32,000 bases of DNA, from NCBI GenBank assembly GCA_031256725.1, contig JAIRQE010000021.1, positions 180,001 through 212,000 of the forward strand. Reading direction: 5' to 3'. Shown here in pieces: positions 9,336-17,337 of the stretch. This DNA is from Propionibacteriaceae bacterium (GTDB lineage Bacteria > Actinomycetota > Actinomycetes > Propionibacteriales > Propionibacteriaceae). A model generated the notes under the pieces. That model had not been told where the DNA came from and made no database searches. It saw nothing but the letters and a program-made list of their open reading frames with translations. The position numbers were made by a program, and so were the translations under genes. Each line of letters starts with the position of its first letter. Within the stretch, counting starts at the first letter, position 1.

Positions 9336-9520
9336 TGCTTGCTTAGGATAGGTACGCAACCATGGTTGGTGGCGGTCAGCACGGGAACGTGTCCAGATCT
9401 CCAACTGGGTACCACCAAGGCCAACCAAATCAGGACGAGTCAACGGTTGGACAAGCTATGCCCGTGTCTTTGGGCTCTGTACATCAGTCAACGGGGTGCT
9501 ACGCCCCCGTATCGAAGGAA
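9336..9520 (+). promoter_or_regulatory. M-box (ykoK-type) Mg2+ riboswitch-like leader upstream of corA
   Basis: Three blocks occur in the same order as in the Bacillus subtilis mgtE M-box, compared with that sequence as I recall it. They are CUUGCUUAGGAUAGGUA (vs CUUCGUUAGGUGAGGCU), GUGUCCAGAUCUCCAACUGGGUAC (vs AUGUCCAAAGACGCUAAUGGGUCAAC) and GGUGCUACGCCCCCGUAUCGAAGG (vs AGUGCUAAAGCUCUACGAUUGAAGC). The P1 pairing is imperfect by eye. Confidence 0.5.
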
Positions 9521-9556
9521 AGATCAGCCCTTGATGTAGGGTATCTGTGGAGGTGG

Positions 9557-10504
9557 ATGATGCAAACAATCTTTATGTCTCATGAGTCTGGGACACTCAC
9601 ACAGGTCGACGAGATCCGAGAAGACTGCTGGGTTTCATTGATTGATCCCACACAGGAGGAGCTTGCAGCAGTTGCGACTGAATGTGGGGTCGATGTCGTT
9701 GATCTCAGCGCTGCCTTGGATGTTGAGGAGCATTCCCGTGTGAGCCGAGAAAATGGGTGCGTACTTATCCTGGTTGATGCGCCTACAACCGAAGTCGAGG
9801 AGCATGGATCCCATCACATTACGATCCCCATAGGCATTCTGATCGCCGAGAAAGTCATCATCACGGTTTCCTTGAGGAAGGTACCTGTGCTTGCTGAAAT
9901 GGAGTCGGGTGTGGTGCGCGACATTAACACCTCCATGAAGACTCGATTCACCCTGCAACTGCTCATGCGTACGGCCAGGTCCTATCTCATGGCACTCAAA
10001 GACATCGAGAAGACCATCCACAAACAGGAGGCCAACCTTCGAGTTTCTACTCGTAATGAAGCCCTCATGCATATGTTGACTCTAGAGAAATCACTGGTGT
10101 ACATCAGTACCTCCTTGGTCTCAAATCAGCAGGTTTTGGAGAGATTAATGCGTACCTCCACTGTGCCGAAGTACCCCGAGGATGATGACCTCCTCGAAGA
10201 TACGATGATCGAAAACGAACAGGCCATGGAGATGGCCAGCATCTATTCGGGCATCCTGTCGGGAACCATGGATGCTTACGCCTCGGTCATCGCCAACAAC
10301 CAGAACGCCATCATGAAGACCCTGGCCCTGATCACTATCGTGCTTTCAATTCCCACGATGATCTTCAGTGCATATGGAATGAATGTTGACCTCAACGGAA
10401 TGCCCATGGCCCTATCGGTCTACGGTTTCATCGCAGTGATCGGTATCGCCTTCGTCATCGCCCTGATCGTGATGTTCATCTTCGTACGCAAGAAGTGGTT
10501 CTGA
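9557..10504 (+). CDS. corA: CorA-family magnesium/cobalt transporter
   Basis: GMN motif 'AYGMNV' followed by two C-terminal TM helices. It is ~315 aa from the ATG at 9557/9560, with GGAGG at 9549-9553. The upstream 65 codons of the longest ORF overlap the structured leader. Confidence 0.85.
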   Translation: MMQTIFMSHESGTLTQVDEIREDCWVSLIDPTQEELAAVATECGVDVVDLSAALDVEEHSRVSRENGCVLILVDAPTTEVEEHGSHHITIPIGILIAEKVIITVSLRKVPVLAEMESGVVRDINTSMKTRFTLQLLMRTARSYLMALKDIEKTIHKQEANLRVSTRNEALMHMLTLEKSLVYISTSLVSNQQVLERLMRTSTVPKYPEDDDLLEDTMIENEQAMEMASIYSGILSGTMDAYASVIANNQNAIMKTLALITIVLSIPTMIFSAYGMNVDLNGMPMALSVYGFIAVIGIAFVIALIVMFIFVRKKWF

Positions 10505-10849
10505 GGGCCGGCTTTGTTTACGGGGTCAGTTCGCTTTTGAGTTGCTCGGCTTGATTGGCTGCGAAGCCACCTGCAACAATGATCGAGTCAAGTGTGGCGA
10601 TAGTATCCAGAGGATCACCGCCGGCCCGAAGAATCCTGATGGCCTCAAGCTGCTTGTCTTGGGCGCGGTGGGTACGGGCAGCCTCACCATTGACCAAAGT
10701 ACGACAGGTTGGTAGAAGCCCGGGAGTTGGATAATCGATCCAGCGAGCATTTCGGATGAAGGGTTCAGTTTTGCGTACCCGAAACGAAGAGTCGTTCCCC
10801 GATAGATCACGACAAGATCGATATGCTGAAGTTCACGGATGGAGGAGTC

Positions 10850-11302
10850 ATGACCGAAGAGTTCACAGTACCCAACTGGGATGAGTACTTCCTGGGAATA
10901 GCCCAAGCAGTCTCAGCGAGAGCCAAGTGTCGCCGCCGCAAGGTGGGGGTCGTACTCACTGTGGACCGCCGGATCATTGCCACAGGGTACAACGGCGCCC
11001 CTCCTGGTGAACCCGACTGTCTGGAAGGTGCTTGCCCCCGTGGACTTCTCGACTATTCGGTCGTACCCGGCTTGGGTGACTATGACCGCCCTGGTACTCC
11101 CGGCTTCTGCATCGCCATCCACGCCGAAGTCAACGCTTTGTTGTTTGCTACCCGCGATACCAAGGGAGCCACCGCGTACATCACCGATCCCCCATGTCCG
11201 GGTTGCCGCAAATCCCTGGCTGCCGCCGGTATCGAAAGGGCCGTATGGCCAGGAGGAGAACTGGACCACCAGGGCCTCACCAACTGGGAGATCCAGCTTT
11301 AA
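10850..11302 (+). CDS. Deoxycytidylate (dCMP) deaminase / CMP-dCMP-type zinc deaminase
   Basis: Zinc-binding motifs 'HAEVNAL' and 'PCPGCRKSLAAAGI', with N-terminus 'WDEYFLGIAQAVSARAKC'. The ATG at 10850 is preceded by GGAGGAG. Confidence 0.85.
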   Translation: MTEEFTVPNWDEYFLGIAQAVSARAKCRRRKVGVVLTVDRRIIATGYNGAPPGEPDCLEGACPRGLLDYSVVPGLGDYDRPGTPGFCIAIHAEVNALLFATRDTKGATAYITDPPCPGCRKSLAAAGIERAVWPGGELDHQGLTNWEIQL

Positions 11303-11568
11303 ATCTTGCTCTCTACTCACGAGGGTTCAGATGAGTGTACGCGGAGGGTGGGATACCTTGGTCTGGCAGTGCCATCTCTAATCTACAATGCGATATTTCC
11401 GATAGGGATTGTTACTAAGATAGTGCTATTGAGTACTGACTTCGACCGATAAGATATCACAACATTACGCTGTAGGCGTATGGTGGTTGATTTGGTGTGG
11501 CTGGTGGTGACCACTGTGGTCTGTGCTGCTGTGCCGGTTCCTTGAGTAGTGAATCGGAAGAAATCAAG

Positions 11569-12126
11569 TTAGGGCAGAATCTCTCGCCTGCGGGTACGTA
11601 ACCAGACGGATTCACTGGAGGCGGTGAAAACCCTGGACGAGGTGGTACTTCGCTGAGCTTGGCGTAGTTCTTCAGCCAATGCGGCGGTCTGTTCTTGGAG
11701 GCGTTCAACCTCAGCGCGCAGGGTAAGGATGTGGCGTACACCAACCAGATTGATGCCCTCATCTTGGGTGAGGTACTGTACTAGTCGAAGCTTCTCAACA
11801 TCACGGATGGAGTAGCGTCTTCCCTTGCCAGAGGTACGTTTGGGGGTTACCAAACCCAGCCGATCATAGGTACGTAAAGTCTGGGGATGCATCCCAGCTA
11901 AGCGAGCAGCGGTCGAGATCAGGAACAGGGGAGCATCAGCATCGAAACGCTGGGGGAGTCGTCCTCCAGTTTTTTTTCGTGAATGCGGTCTCGGAGGCTT
12001 CATCCCTTGGGCGTCCACGATCATGTCAACCCCATCTTCCATATCGCTTTGGATCTCTGGATCCCACGACTGCGCGCGAGATGACGGGGGTGGAGTCGTT
12101 CGGGATGATGGAGGTACCTCACTCAT
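11569..12126 (-). CDS. hspR: Heat-shock transcriptional repressor HspR (MerR family)
   Basis: MerR-type HTH 'ISTAARLAGMHPQTLRTYDRLGLVTPKRTSGKGRRYSIRDVEKLRLVQYL'. It is the last gene of the dnaK operon, and its ATG overlaps the dnaJ stop (TGATG). Confidence 0.9.
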   Translation of the reverse strand: MSEVPPSSRTTPPPSSRAQSWDPEIQSDMEDGVDMIVDAQGMKPPRPHSRKKTGGRLPQRFDADAPLFLISTAARLAGMHPQTLRTYDRLGLVTPKRTSGKGRRYSIRDVEKLRLVQYLTQDEGINLVGVRHILTLRAEVERLQEQTAALAEELRQAQRSTTSSRVFTASSESVWLRTRRREILP

Positions 12127-13262
12127 CAGGCACCGTTCCTCAGATTGGCCCGCGGGTTGCCTTCACCAGCCAAAGCTTCGTAGGCTCGCAGGGCATCCTG
12201 GGCCTCGGGGGAGAGGTGTTCGGGGACCTGTACTTGCACGGTGACCAAGAGATCGGTTCGGCCCGACTTAAGCTCGATGCCCTTGCCCTTGGCCCGGAAT
12301 GTACGACCGGACTTCGTTCCAGCGGGGATCTTCAACCGTACCTGTCCACCATCTAGAGTTGGCACCCCGATCTCGGCTCCCAGGGCAGCTTCCACATAGG
12401 TCACGGGTACGGTGATCGCGAGGTGGTCGCCTTGGCGGGTGAAGAGTGCGTCGGCGGTCACATGGACTACGACATAGAGGTCACCTGCGGGCCCACCCGA
12501 AGCGCCGGGGGTACCTTTTCCTTTGATACGGATTCTTTGGTTATCGACCACGCCCGCAGGGATTCGAACTTGGATGGTACGGTTGGAGCGGCCTTGGCCA
12601 GTACCAGCGCAGGTGGGGCATGGGTCGTCGATCGTGAGCCCGCGGCCATGGCAGGAGGAGCAGGGTTCGGAGACAGCGAATCCGCCGGATTGGCGAGCGG
12701 TCATTCCGGAGCCCTGGCAGGTGGGGCAGGCCTTGGGGGAGGTACCCGCTTTCGCACCTGTACCGCGGCAGGATTCGCAGGCCGTGTCGGAACTGAGCCG
12801 CACCGAGATCTGTGCACCATGGGCGGCATCACGGAAACCAATGGTGACTTCGGTTTCCACATCGCCACCGCGTCGGGGGCCACGCTGTTGGGCTCCACCT
12901 CCGAAGAGACCTCCAAAAAGATCGCCCAACCCAGACGCTCCGCCTCCGCCACCAGAGAAGATGTCCTCGAAACTCATGGATGGTCCACGACCCCCACCCC
13001 CGCCTCCGCCGGGGAACCGGAACCCGGAACCGAACAGCGAGCGGGCCTGGTCGTACTCTGCTCTCTTTTTTGGATCAGAGAGTACGTCGTTGGCCTCGGT
13101 CACCTCTTTGAAGCGGCGTTCGGCTTGGGGGTCCTTGTTCTGGTCGGGGTGGTACTGGCGTGCGAGTTTGCGGAAGGCCTTTTTAATCTGGTCATCCGTG
13201 GCATCCTTTTTTAGGCCGAGGACTGCGTAATAGTCCTTCTCAAGCCAGTCTTTTTGACTCAT
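12126..13262 (-). CDS. dnaJ: Molecular chaperone DnaJ (type I)
   Basis: J domain '[31 protein letters not shown]', a Gly/Phe-rich linker, and four CxxCxGxG zinc-finger repeats ([32 protein letters not shown]). I prefer the ATG at 13262, which has AGAAGG 6 nt upstream; a GTG at 13265 is also possible. Confidence 0.93.
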   Translation of the reverse strand: MSQKDWLEKDYYAVLGLKKDATDDQIKKAFRKLARQYHPDQNKDPQAERRFKEVTEANDVLSDPKKRAEYDQARSLFGSGFRFPGGGGGGGRGPSMSFEDIFSGGGGGASGLGDLFGGLFGGGAQQRGPRRGGDVETEVTIGFRDAAHGAQISVRLSSDTACESCRGTGAKAGTSPKACPTCQGSGMTARQSGGFAVSEPCSSCHGRGLTIDDPCPTCAGTGQGRSNRTIQVRIPAGVVDNQRIRIKGKGTPGASGGPAGDLYVVVHVTADALFTRQGDHLAITVPVTYVEAALGAEIGVPTLDGGQVRLKIPAGTKSGRTFRAKGKGIELKSGRTDLLVTVQVQVPEHLSPEAQDALRAYEALAGEGNPRANLRNGA

Positions 13263-13294
13263 CACTCACCTTCTTCTAGGTGCTTGTATTTAGC

Positions 13295-13423
13295 GTGTCA
13301 AGGGACGTATCTTGTGACACCGCTTGTCGTACAGCGTTTTCACCACCGGCGGTTTTGTGGAGACCGGCGGTTTTGTGGAGGTACATCCTGACCCCCGGTG
13401 CCACGAGATACGTCCCCTGACAC
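13295..13423 (-). repeat. Intercistronic grpE-dnaJ element: 26-nt inverted-repeat arms (13295-13320 / 13398-13423) enclosing a perfect 2 x 18-bp tandem repeat (13345-13380)
   Basis: Read directly. GTGTCAAGGGACGTATCTTGTGACAC versus GTGCCACGAGATACGTCCCCTGACAC gives 23/26 complementary positions. The unit ACCGGCGGTTTTGTGGAG occurs twice in tandem between the arms. Confidence 0.9.
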
Positions 13424-13436
13424 CCCTGATACGCAC

Positions 13437-14201
13437 TTAGACTGCTTCGCCTGCGGTTTCGCCAGGGGCCACAGGAGTCGCAGACTCGTCAGCATCAGCA
13501 ACACCGACACGAGCCGGGCGTACCACCCTCTCGCCGATTTTGTACCCACGTTGGAAGATCTGGGCAACCGACTCGACTGGGTATCCAGGCTTGTCAATAC
13601 GCATAAGAGCCTCATGAACATGGGGATCGAACTCGTCGCCCTCTTCACCGAAAGACTCCAGGCCGTACTTGGATGCAACCTTGCTAACCTCCTCGGACAG
13701 CATGGCAGCGCCACCAGTCAACTCGTCGTGTGCCTTGGCTGCATCGATTCCGTCCAACATCGGGAGCAAATCGACCAACACGGCTTCGATCCCGCGCTGG
13801 CGGGCCTGATCGCGGTCACGATCAACTCGACGCTTGTAGTTGACGTACTCGGCTTGGAGTCGTTGGAGGTCGGTGGTACGTTCCTCCAGCAGCTCTTCAA
13901 CCGTCTTTTCGGTTTCTGGATTCTGCGACTGCGCGCAGGATGACGGGGAGGGGTCGCAGGATGTTGGGGAAGAGTCTTCACAGGGCGAAGACCCTCCACA
14001 ACATGAAGAGCCCTTGTCCTTGATGGAGGAATTTCCGTGACCCCCACAACATGACGAAGAAGTCTCTGCTTCCCCGCAACATCCGTCTGGGATCTCATTC
14101 AGTTCGGGGCTGTCCTTGGGTACCTCCTGATCGGAGGCACCCAAGCCAGTTACGAGATTTTCTAGGTCCTCGTCCCAATTGTGGTCTTGTGTGTCAGCCA
14201 T
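13437..14201 (-). CDS. grpE: Nucleotide exchange factor GrpE, with Cys-rich N-terminal insertion
   Basis: GrpE core 'LQRLQAEYVNYKRRVDRDRDQARQRGIEAVLVDLLPMLDGID...GYKIGERVVRPARVGV'. It sits between dnaK and dnaJ, with its ATG 3 nt after the dnaK stop. Confidence 0.9.
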   Translation of the reverse strand: MADTQDHNWDEDLENLVTGLGASDQEVPKDSPELNEIPDGCCGEAETSSSCCGGHGNSSIKDKGSSCCGGSSPCEDSSPTSCDPSPSSCAQSQNPETEKTVEELLEERTTDLQRLQAEYVNYKRRVDRDRDQARQRGIEAVLVDLLPMLDGIDAAKAHDELTGGAAMLSEEVSKVASKYGLESFGEEGDEFDPHVHEALMRIDKPGYPVESVAQIFQRGYKIGERVVRPARVGVADADESATPVAPGETAGEAV

Positions 14202-14204
14202 GTC

Positions 14205-16034
14205 TTACTTGTCTTCGTCAATGATCTCGGCGTCCACAACGTCATCACCATCAGGGCCAGCCTCACCATCAGAACCGGCTTCGGCGTCACGAGCCTGAGC
14301 TGCAGCATACACAGCCTGACCCATGGCAGCGGCCTTGGTGTTCAGATCCTCCATAGCGGCCTTGATTTCCTCATCGTTGTCCGCACCCTCAAGGGCGGTC
14401 TTGAGTACAGCCACAGCCTCCTTGACAGGGGTCTTCACCTCGTCGGAGAGGATCTCATCGTGCTCATCAAGGAGCTTCTCGGTCGAGAAGGCCAACCCAT
14501 CAGCAGTGTTGCGCAACTCCACGGATTCGCGGCGCTTCTTGTCCTCAGCAGCATGGGCCTCAGCATCAGCCATCATCTTGTCGATCTCATCCTTGTTCAA
14601 GGCCGAGCCACCAGTCACAGTCATGGACTGCTCCTTGCCGGTTGCCAGATCCTTGGCAGAAACGTGGACGATGCCATTAGCGTCAATGTCGAACCCAACC
14701 TCAATCTGTGGTACCCCACGAGGGGCGGGCATGATCCCTGTCAACTCGAAGTTACCCAAAGACTTGTTGTCGCGGGCCATTTCGCGTTCACCTTGGTACA
14801 CCTGGATCATCACGGAAGGCTGATTGTCATCAGCGGTGGTGAAAATCTCGGAACGCTTGGTTGGGATGGTGGTGTTGCGCTCAATGATGCGCGTCATCAC
14901 GCCACCCTTGGTCTCAATCCCGAGGCTCAGTGGCGTCACGTCGAGCAGGAGAACATCCTTCACCTCGCCTTTCAGTACACCAGCCTGCAAAGCGGCACCC
15001 AGAGCCACAACCTCATCGGGGTTCACTCCCTTGTGGGGATCCTTTCCAGCGAGTTCCTTCACAAGGTCCGCGACGGCGGGCATACGGGTGGAACCACCGA
15101 CGAGGATCACCTCGTCGATCTGCCCCACAGAGGTCTTCGCATCAGCGATCACCGCGTTGAAGGGTGCACGACAGCGATCCAGAAGATCCTGGGTCATACG
15201 CTGGAATTCGGCGCGAGTCAGCTTCGCCTCAAGGTGGAGGGGACCGTCAGCCCCAGCCGTGATGTACGGAAGGTTGATCTGGGTTTCCATCGCGGAGCTG
15301 AGCTCGATCTTGGCGCGCTCGGCTGCCTCCTGGAGGCGCTGGCGAGCCATCTTGTCCTTGGACAGGTCGATACCGTTCGAGTTCTTGAACTCTTTGACCA
15401 TCCAGTCGACGATCCGCTGATCCCAGTCGTCACCGCCGAGACGGTTGTCACCCTTGGTTGCCTTCACCTCGAAGACACCATCAGAGATCTCTAACAGCGA
15501 GACGTCGAATGTACCTCCACCAAGGTCGAACACGAGAACAGTCTGTTCCTTGTCGCCCTTGTCGAGGCCATAAGCCAGGGCAGCAGCAGTGGGCTCATTG
15601 ATGATGCGGTCAACGGTCAAGCCAGCGATCTCACCGGCCTCTTTGGTTGCCTGACGTTCCGCATCGGAGAAGTACGCGGGCACTGTAATAACAGCGTTGG
15701 TTACGGCTTCTCCAAGGTGAGCCTCTGCGTCCCTCTTCAGTTTCTGGAGTACAAACGCAGAAATCTGTTGGGGCTTATAGGTCTTGTCGTCAATATCGAC
15801 GCTCCAGTCCGTACCCATGTGGCGCTTGACTGAGCGGATCGTACGGTCAACGTTGGTGACAGCCTGCCTCTTGGCGACCTCACCGACGAGAACCTCCCCG
15901 CCTTTAGCGAATGCGACAACCGACGGTGTCGTGCGAGCACCTTCGGCGTTTCCGATAACCGTGGGTTCGCCACCTTCCAGAACTGCGACAACTGAGTTGG
16001 TGGTACCGAGGTCGATGCCTACTGCACGAGCCAT
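14205..16034 (-). CDS. dnaK: Molecular chaperone DnaK (Hsp70)
   Basis: '[22 protein letters not shown]...', '[10 protein letters not shown]' and '[11 protein letters not shown]' match. The start is the ATG at 16034, preceded by GGAGGA. The longest ORF (to 16106) would add 24 non-conserved residues and run into the operator. Confidence 0.95.
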   Translation of the reverse strand: MARAVGIDLGTTNSVVAVLEGGEPTVIGNAEGARTTPSVVAFAKGGEVLVGEVAKRQAVTNVDRTIRSVKRHMGTDWSVDIDDKTYKPQQISAFVLQKLKRDAEAHLGEAVTNAVITVPAYFSDAERQATKEAGEIAGLTVDRIINEPTAAALAYGLDKGDKEQTVLVFDLGGGTFDVSLLEISDGVFEVKATKGDNRLGGDDWDQRIVDWMVKEFKNSNGIDLSKDKMARQRLQEAAERAKIELSSAMETQINLPYITAGADGPLHLEAKLTRAEFQRMTQDLLDRCRAPFNAVIADAKTSVGQIDEVILVGGSTRMPAVADLVKELAGKDPHKGVNPDEVVALGAALQAGVLKGEVKDVLLLDVTPLSLGIETKGGVMTRIIERNTTIPTKRSEIFTTADDNQPSVMIQVYQGEREMARDNKSLGNFELTGIMPAPRGVPQIEVGFDIDANGIVHVSAKDLATGKEQSMTVTGGSALNKDEIDKMMADAEAHAAEDKKRRESVELRNTADGLAFSTEKLLDEHDEILSDEVKTPVKEAVAVLKTALEGADNDEEIKAAMEDLNTKAAAMGQAVYAAAQARDAEAGSDGEAGPDGDDVVDAEIIDEDK

Positions 16035-16087
16035 TATTTCCTCCATAAAGTCTTTGCGATGCGCACCCCAGTGGTACGCGCCAAGAG

Positions 16088-16147
16088 TTGAGTCTACTAG
16101 ACTCATGTATTAGAAGTCAATGAGAGTTGAGTTGGGTACGCTCAACT
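16088..16147 (-). promoter_or_regulatory. dnaK promoter with two HAIR (HspR-associated inverted repeat) operators
   Basis: HAIR1 is TTGAGT-N7-ACTCA (16088-16105). HAIR2 is TTGAGT-N7-GCTCAA (16127-16145), extended as AGTTGAG-N9-CTCAACT. The consensus is CTTGAGT-N7-ACTCAAG. On the minus strand, TTGACT (-35, 16120-16115) and TAGACT (-10, 16096-16091) are spaced 18 nt apart, and HAIR1 overlaps the -10. Confidence 0.8.
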
Positions 16148-16540
16148 TTGAAGTACAGGCGAGGGATCTGCCAGATAACAGGTGGAACCGTTAAAATGAA
16201 CCACCAAGGTGGAAGAACCCTATTTAGCATTATTGCTATCTGTTTGGAGCCATCTCAACCACCTCCTACGCGATACTCTTTTGGAAAACAGGTCTCATTG
16301 CTTCAACCCTGCTCAACGCCTACCTCATACCCCCACCCTCGACGCACCAGCAACAACGGTGACTCATTTGTGAGGGAAAACCTCTCCACTACTTCGCAAG
16401 TTTTTGAGGTGAGCCGAGTGCGGCAGAGATTATCCTGACCAGATCGTTGGGATCAGTAGGATTTCCTATACCGTACTTAGTTCAGAAGACAATGTAAGGA
16501 ACTATTGGAGTGGTTTTCAAGCAACAGTCGCCTTCATGGG

Positions 16541-17152
16541 TCACCGTTGTGCAGACTTGGGAAGCCTAAGCCCTTCAATCCCCAACTCCAGGTCGGCTAG
16601 TTTACGGATGATGGCCGCATCCCCACGTTGCCAGGCACCCATGGGGTCGGGGGTGATCTTGACTAACTCGTGCATGGGAGCGTGGGCGATGGCCCGCAGG
16701 GCAAACAATTCGGGGCTGGTCTCGGCAGGGAGGAGTTTCTGTCCGGCGGTGGCTTCGCGTACGAAAGAAAACCTCCAGGGGAACCACTTCCAGATATAGG
16801 CCACAACCGGTACCACCACCACGATGATGCCCAAAACCAGGGCAGTGGTGTGTACCAAAGAAATCAGCTGCTCGACCGAGATCACGAGGGCCCCGAGGGC
16901 GATATCGAGGGAATTGAAGGGTGTCGCCAAAACTGGACCCACGAGGGGCAGTCCTGCGACCGAATCTGCTGCGGTGGCCATGGAACCGGAGACATTGGCG
17001 GCTGTCTCCTGTGCCATCTCGGCGGGTTTAGCGAACAGGAGTACGAACTCGCGTACCTTCACACCTAGGAAAATCCATAGGGCGATCCAAAGAATGAGAC
17101 CCAGATCAGAGAGAATCTGGGGGACTATCTTGTTTGTTTTCGCGTAGAGCAT
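16541..17152 (-). CDS. Hypothetical integral membrane protein
   Basis: 203-aa ORF with an ATG start and three or four hydrophobic segments ('LGLILWIALWIFLG', 'TALVLGIIVVVVPVVAYIW'), followed by a soluble C-terminal region. I recognise no family. Confidence 0.6.
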   Translation of the reverse strand: MLYAKTNKIVPQILSDLGLILWIALWIFLGVKVREFVLLFAKPAEMAQETAANVSGSMATAADSVAGLPLVGPVLATPFNSLDIALGALVISVEQLISLVHTTALVLGIIVVVVPVVAYIWKWFPWRFSFVREATAGQKLLPAETSPELFALRAIAHAPMHELVKITPDPMGAWQRGDAAIIRKLADLELGIEGLRLPKSAQR

Positions 17153-17337
17153 GAAACCATTCTCACACGAAATGAATCAGAATTTGGGATGAATTCCCGC
17201 CCTCACGGCTATGGTTTTCTCACACAGTGGATGGGTTTGGCGATTTACTGGAACCATGTGGGGTACCTCCGCTAGCCTAGAGACACATCCACACTGAACT
17301 ATGTGGTTTATGTGGTTCCCATGAGAAAGGACGACGA

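Noticed and set aside
10526-10906. 126-aa minus-strand ORF as a gene
   Set aside because: It overlaps the RBS and first 19 codons of the dCMP deaminase gene on the other strand, and its sequence is low-complexity. See the finding on 10518-10832 for the alternative frame.
11970-11977. A8/T8 homopolymer inside hspR as a possible slipped-strand phase-variation switch
   Set aside because: Eight nucleotides is at the low end for frequent slippage, it simply encodes Lys-Lys (RKKT), and nothing else suggests phase variation. The idea is too speculative.
12423-13230. 263-aa and 235-aa plus-strand ORFs antisense to dnaJ
   Set aside because: These are mirror frames of the Gly-rich and Cys-rich DnaJ segments, giving Pro/Gly/Ala low complexity. 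DnaJ on the minus strand is unambiguous.
14181-15494. 437-aa plus-strand ORF (and several other long plus-strand ORFs) antisense to dnaK
   Set aside because: It lies entirely within the highly conserved DnaK coding region on the opposite strand. Its composition is skewed to Leu/Gly/His/Val with no RBS, which is the typical antisense open frame seen in GC-rich, codon-biased genes.
16127-16438. 103-aa ORF in the region upstream of dnaK
   Set aside because: It starts inside the HAIR2 operator, has no RBS and has a Pro/Ser/Thr-rich, non-globular sequence. The ~390-bp gap 16148-16540 showed no motif I could recognise for a tRNA, riboswitch or sRNA, so I leave it unannotated.
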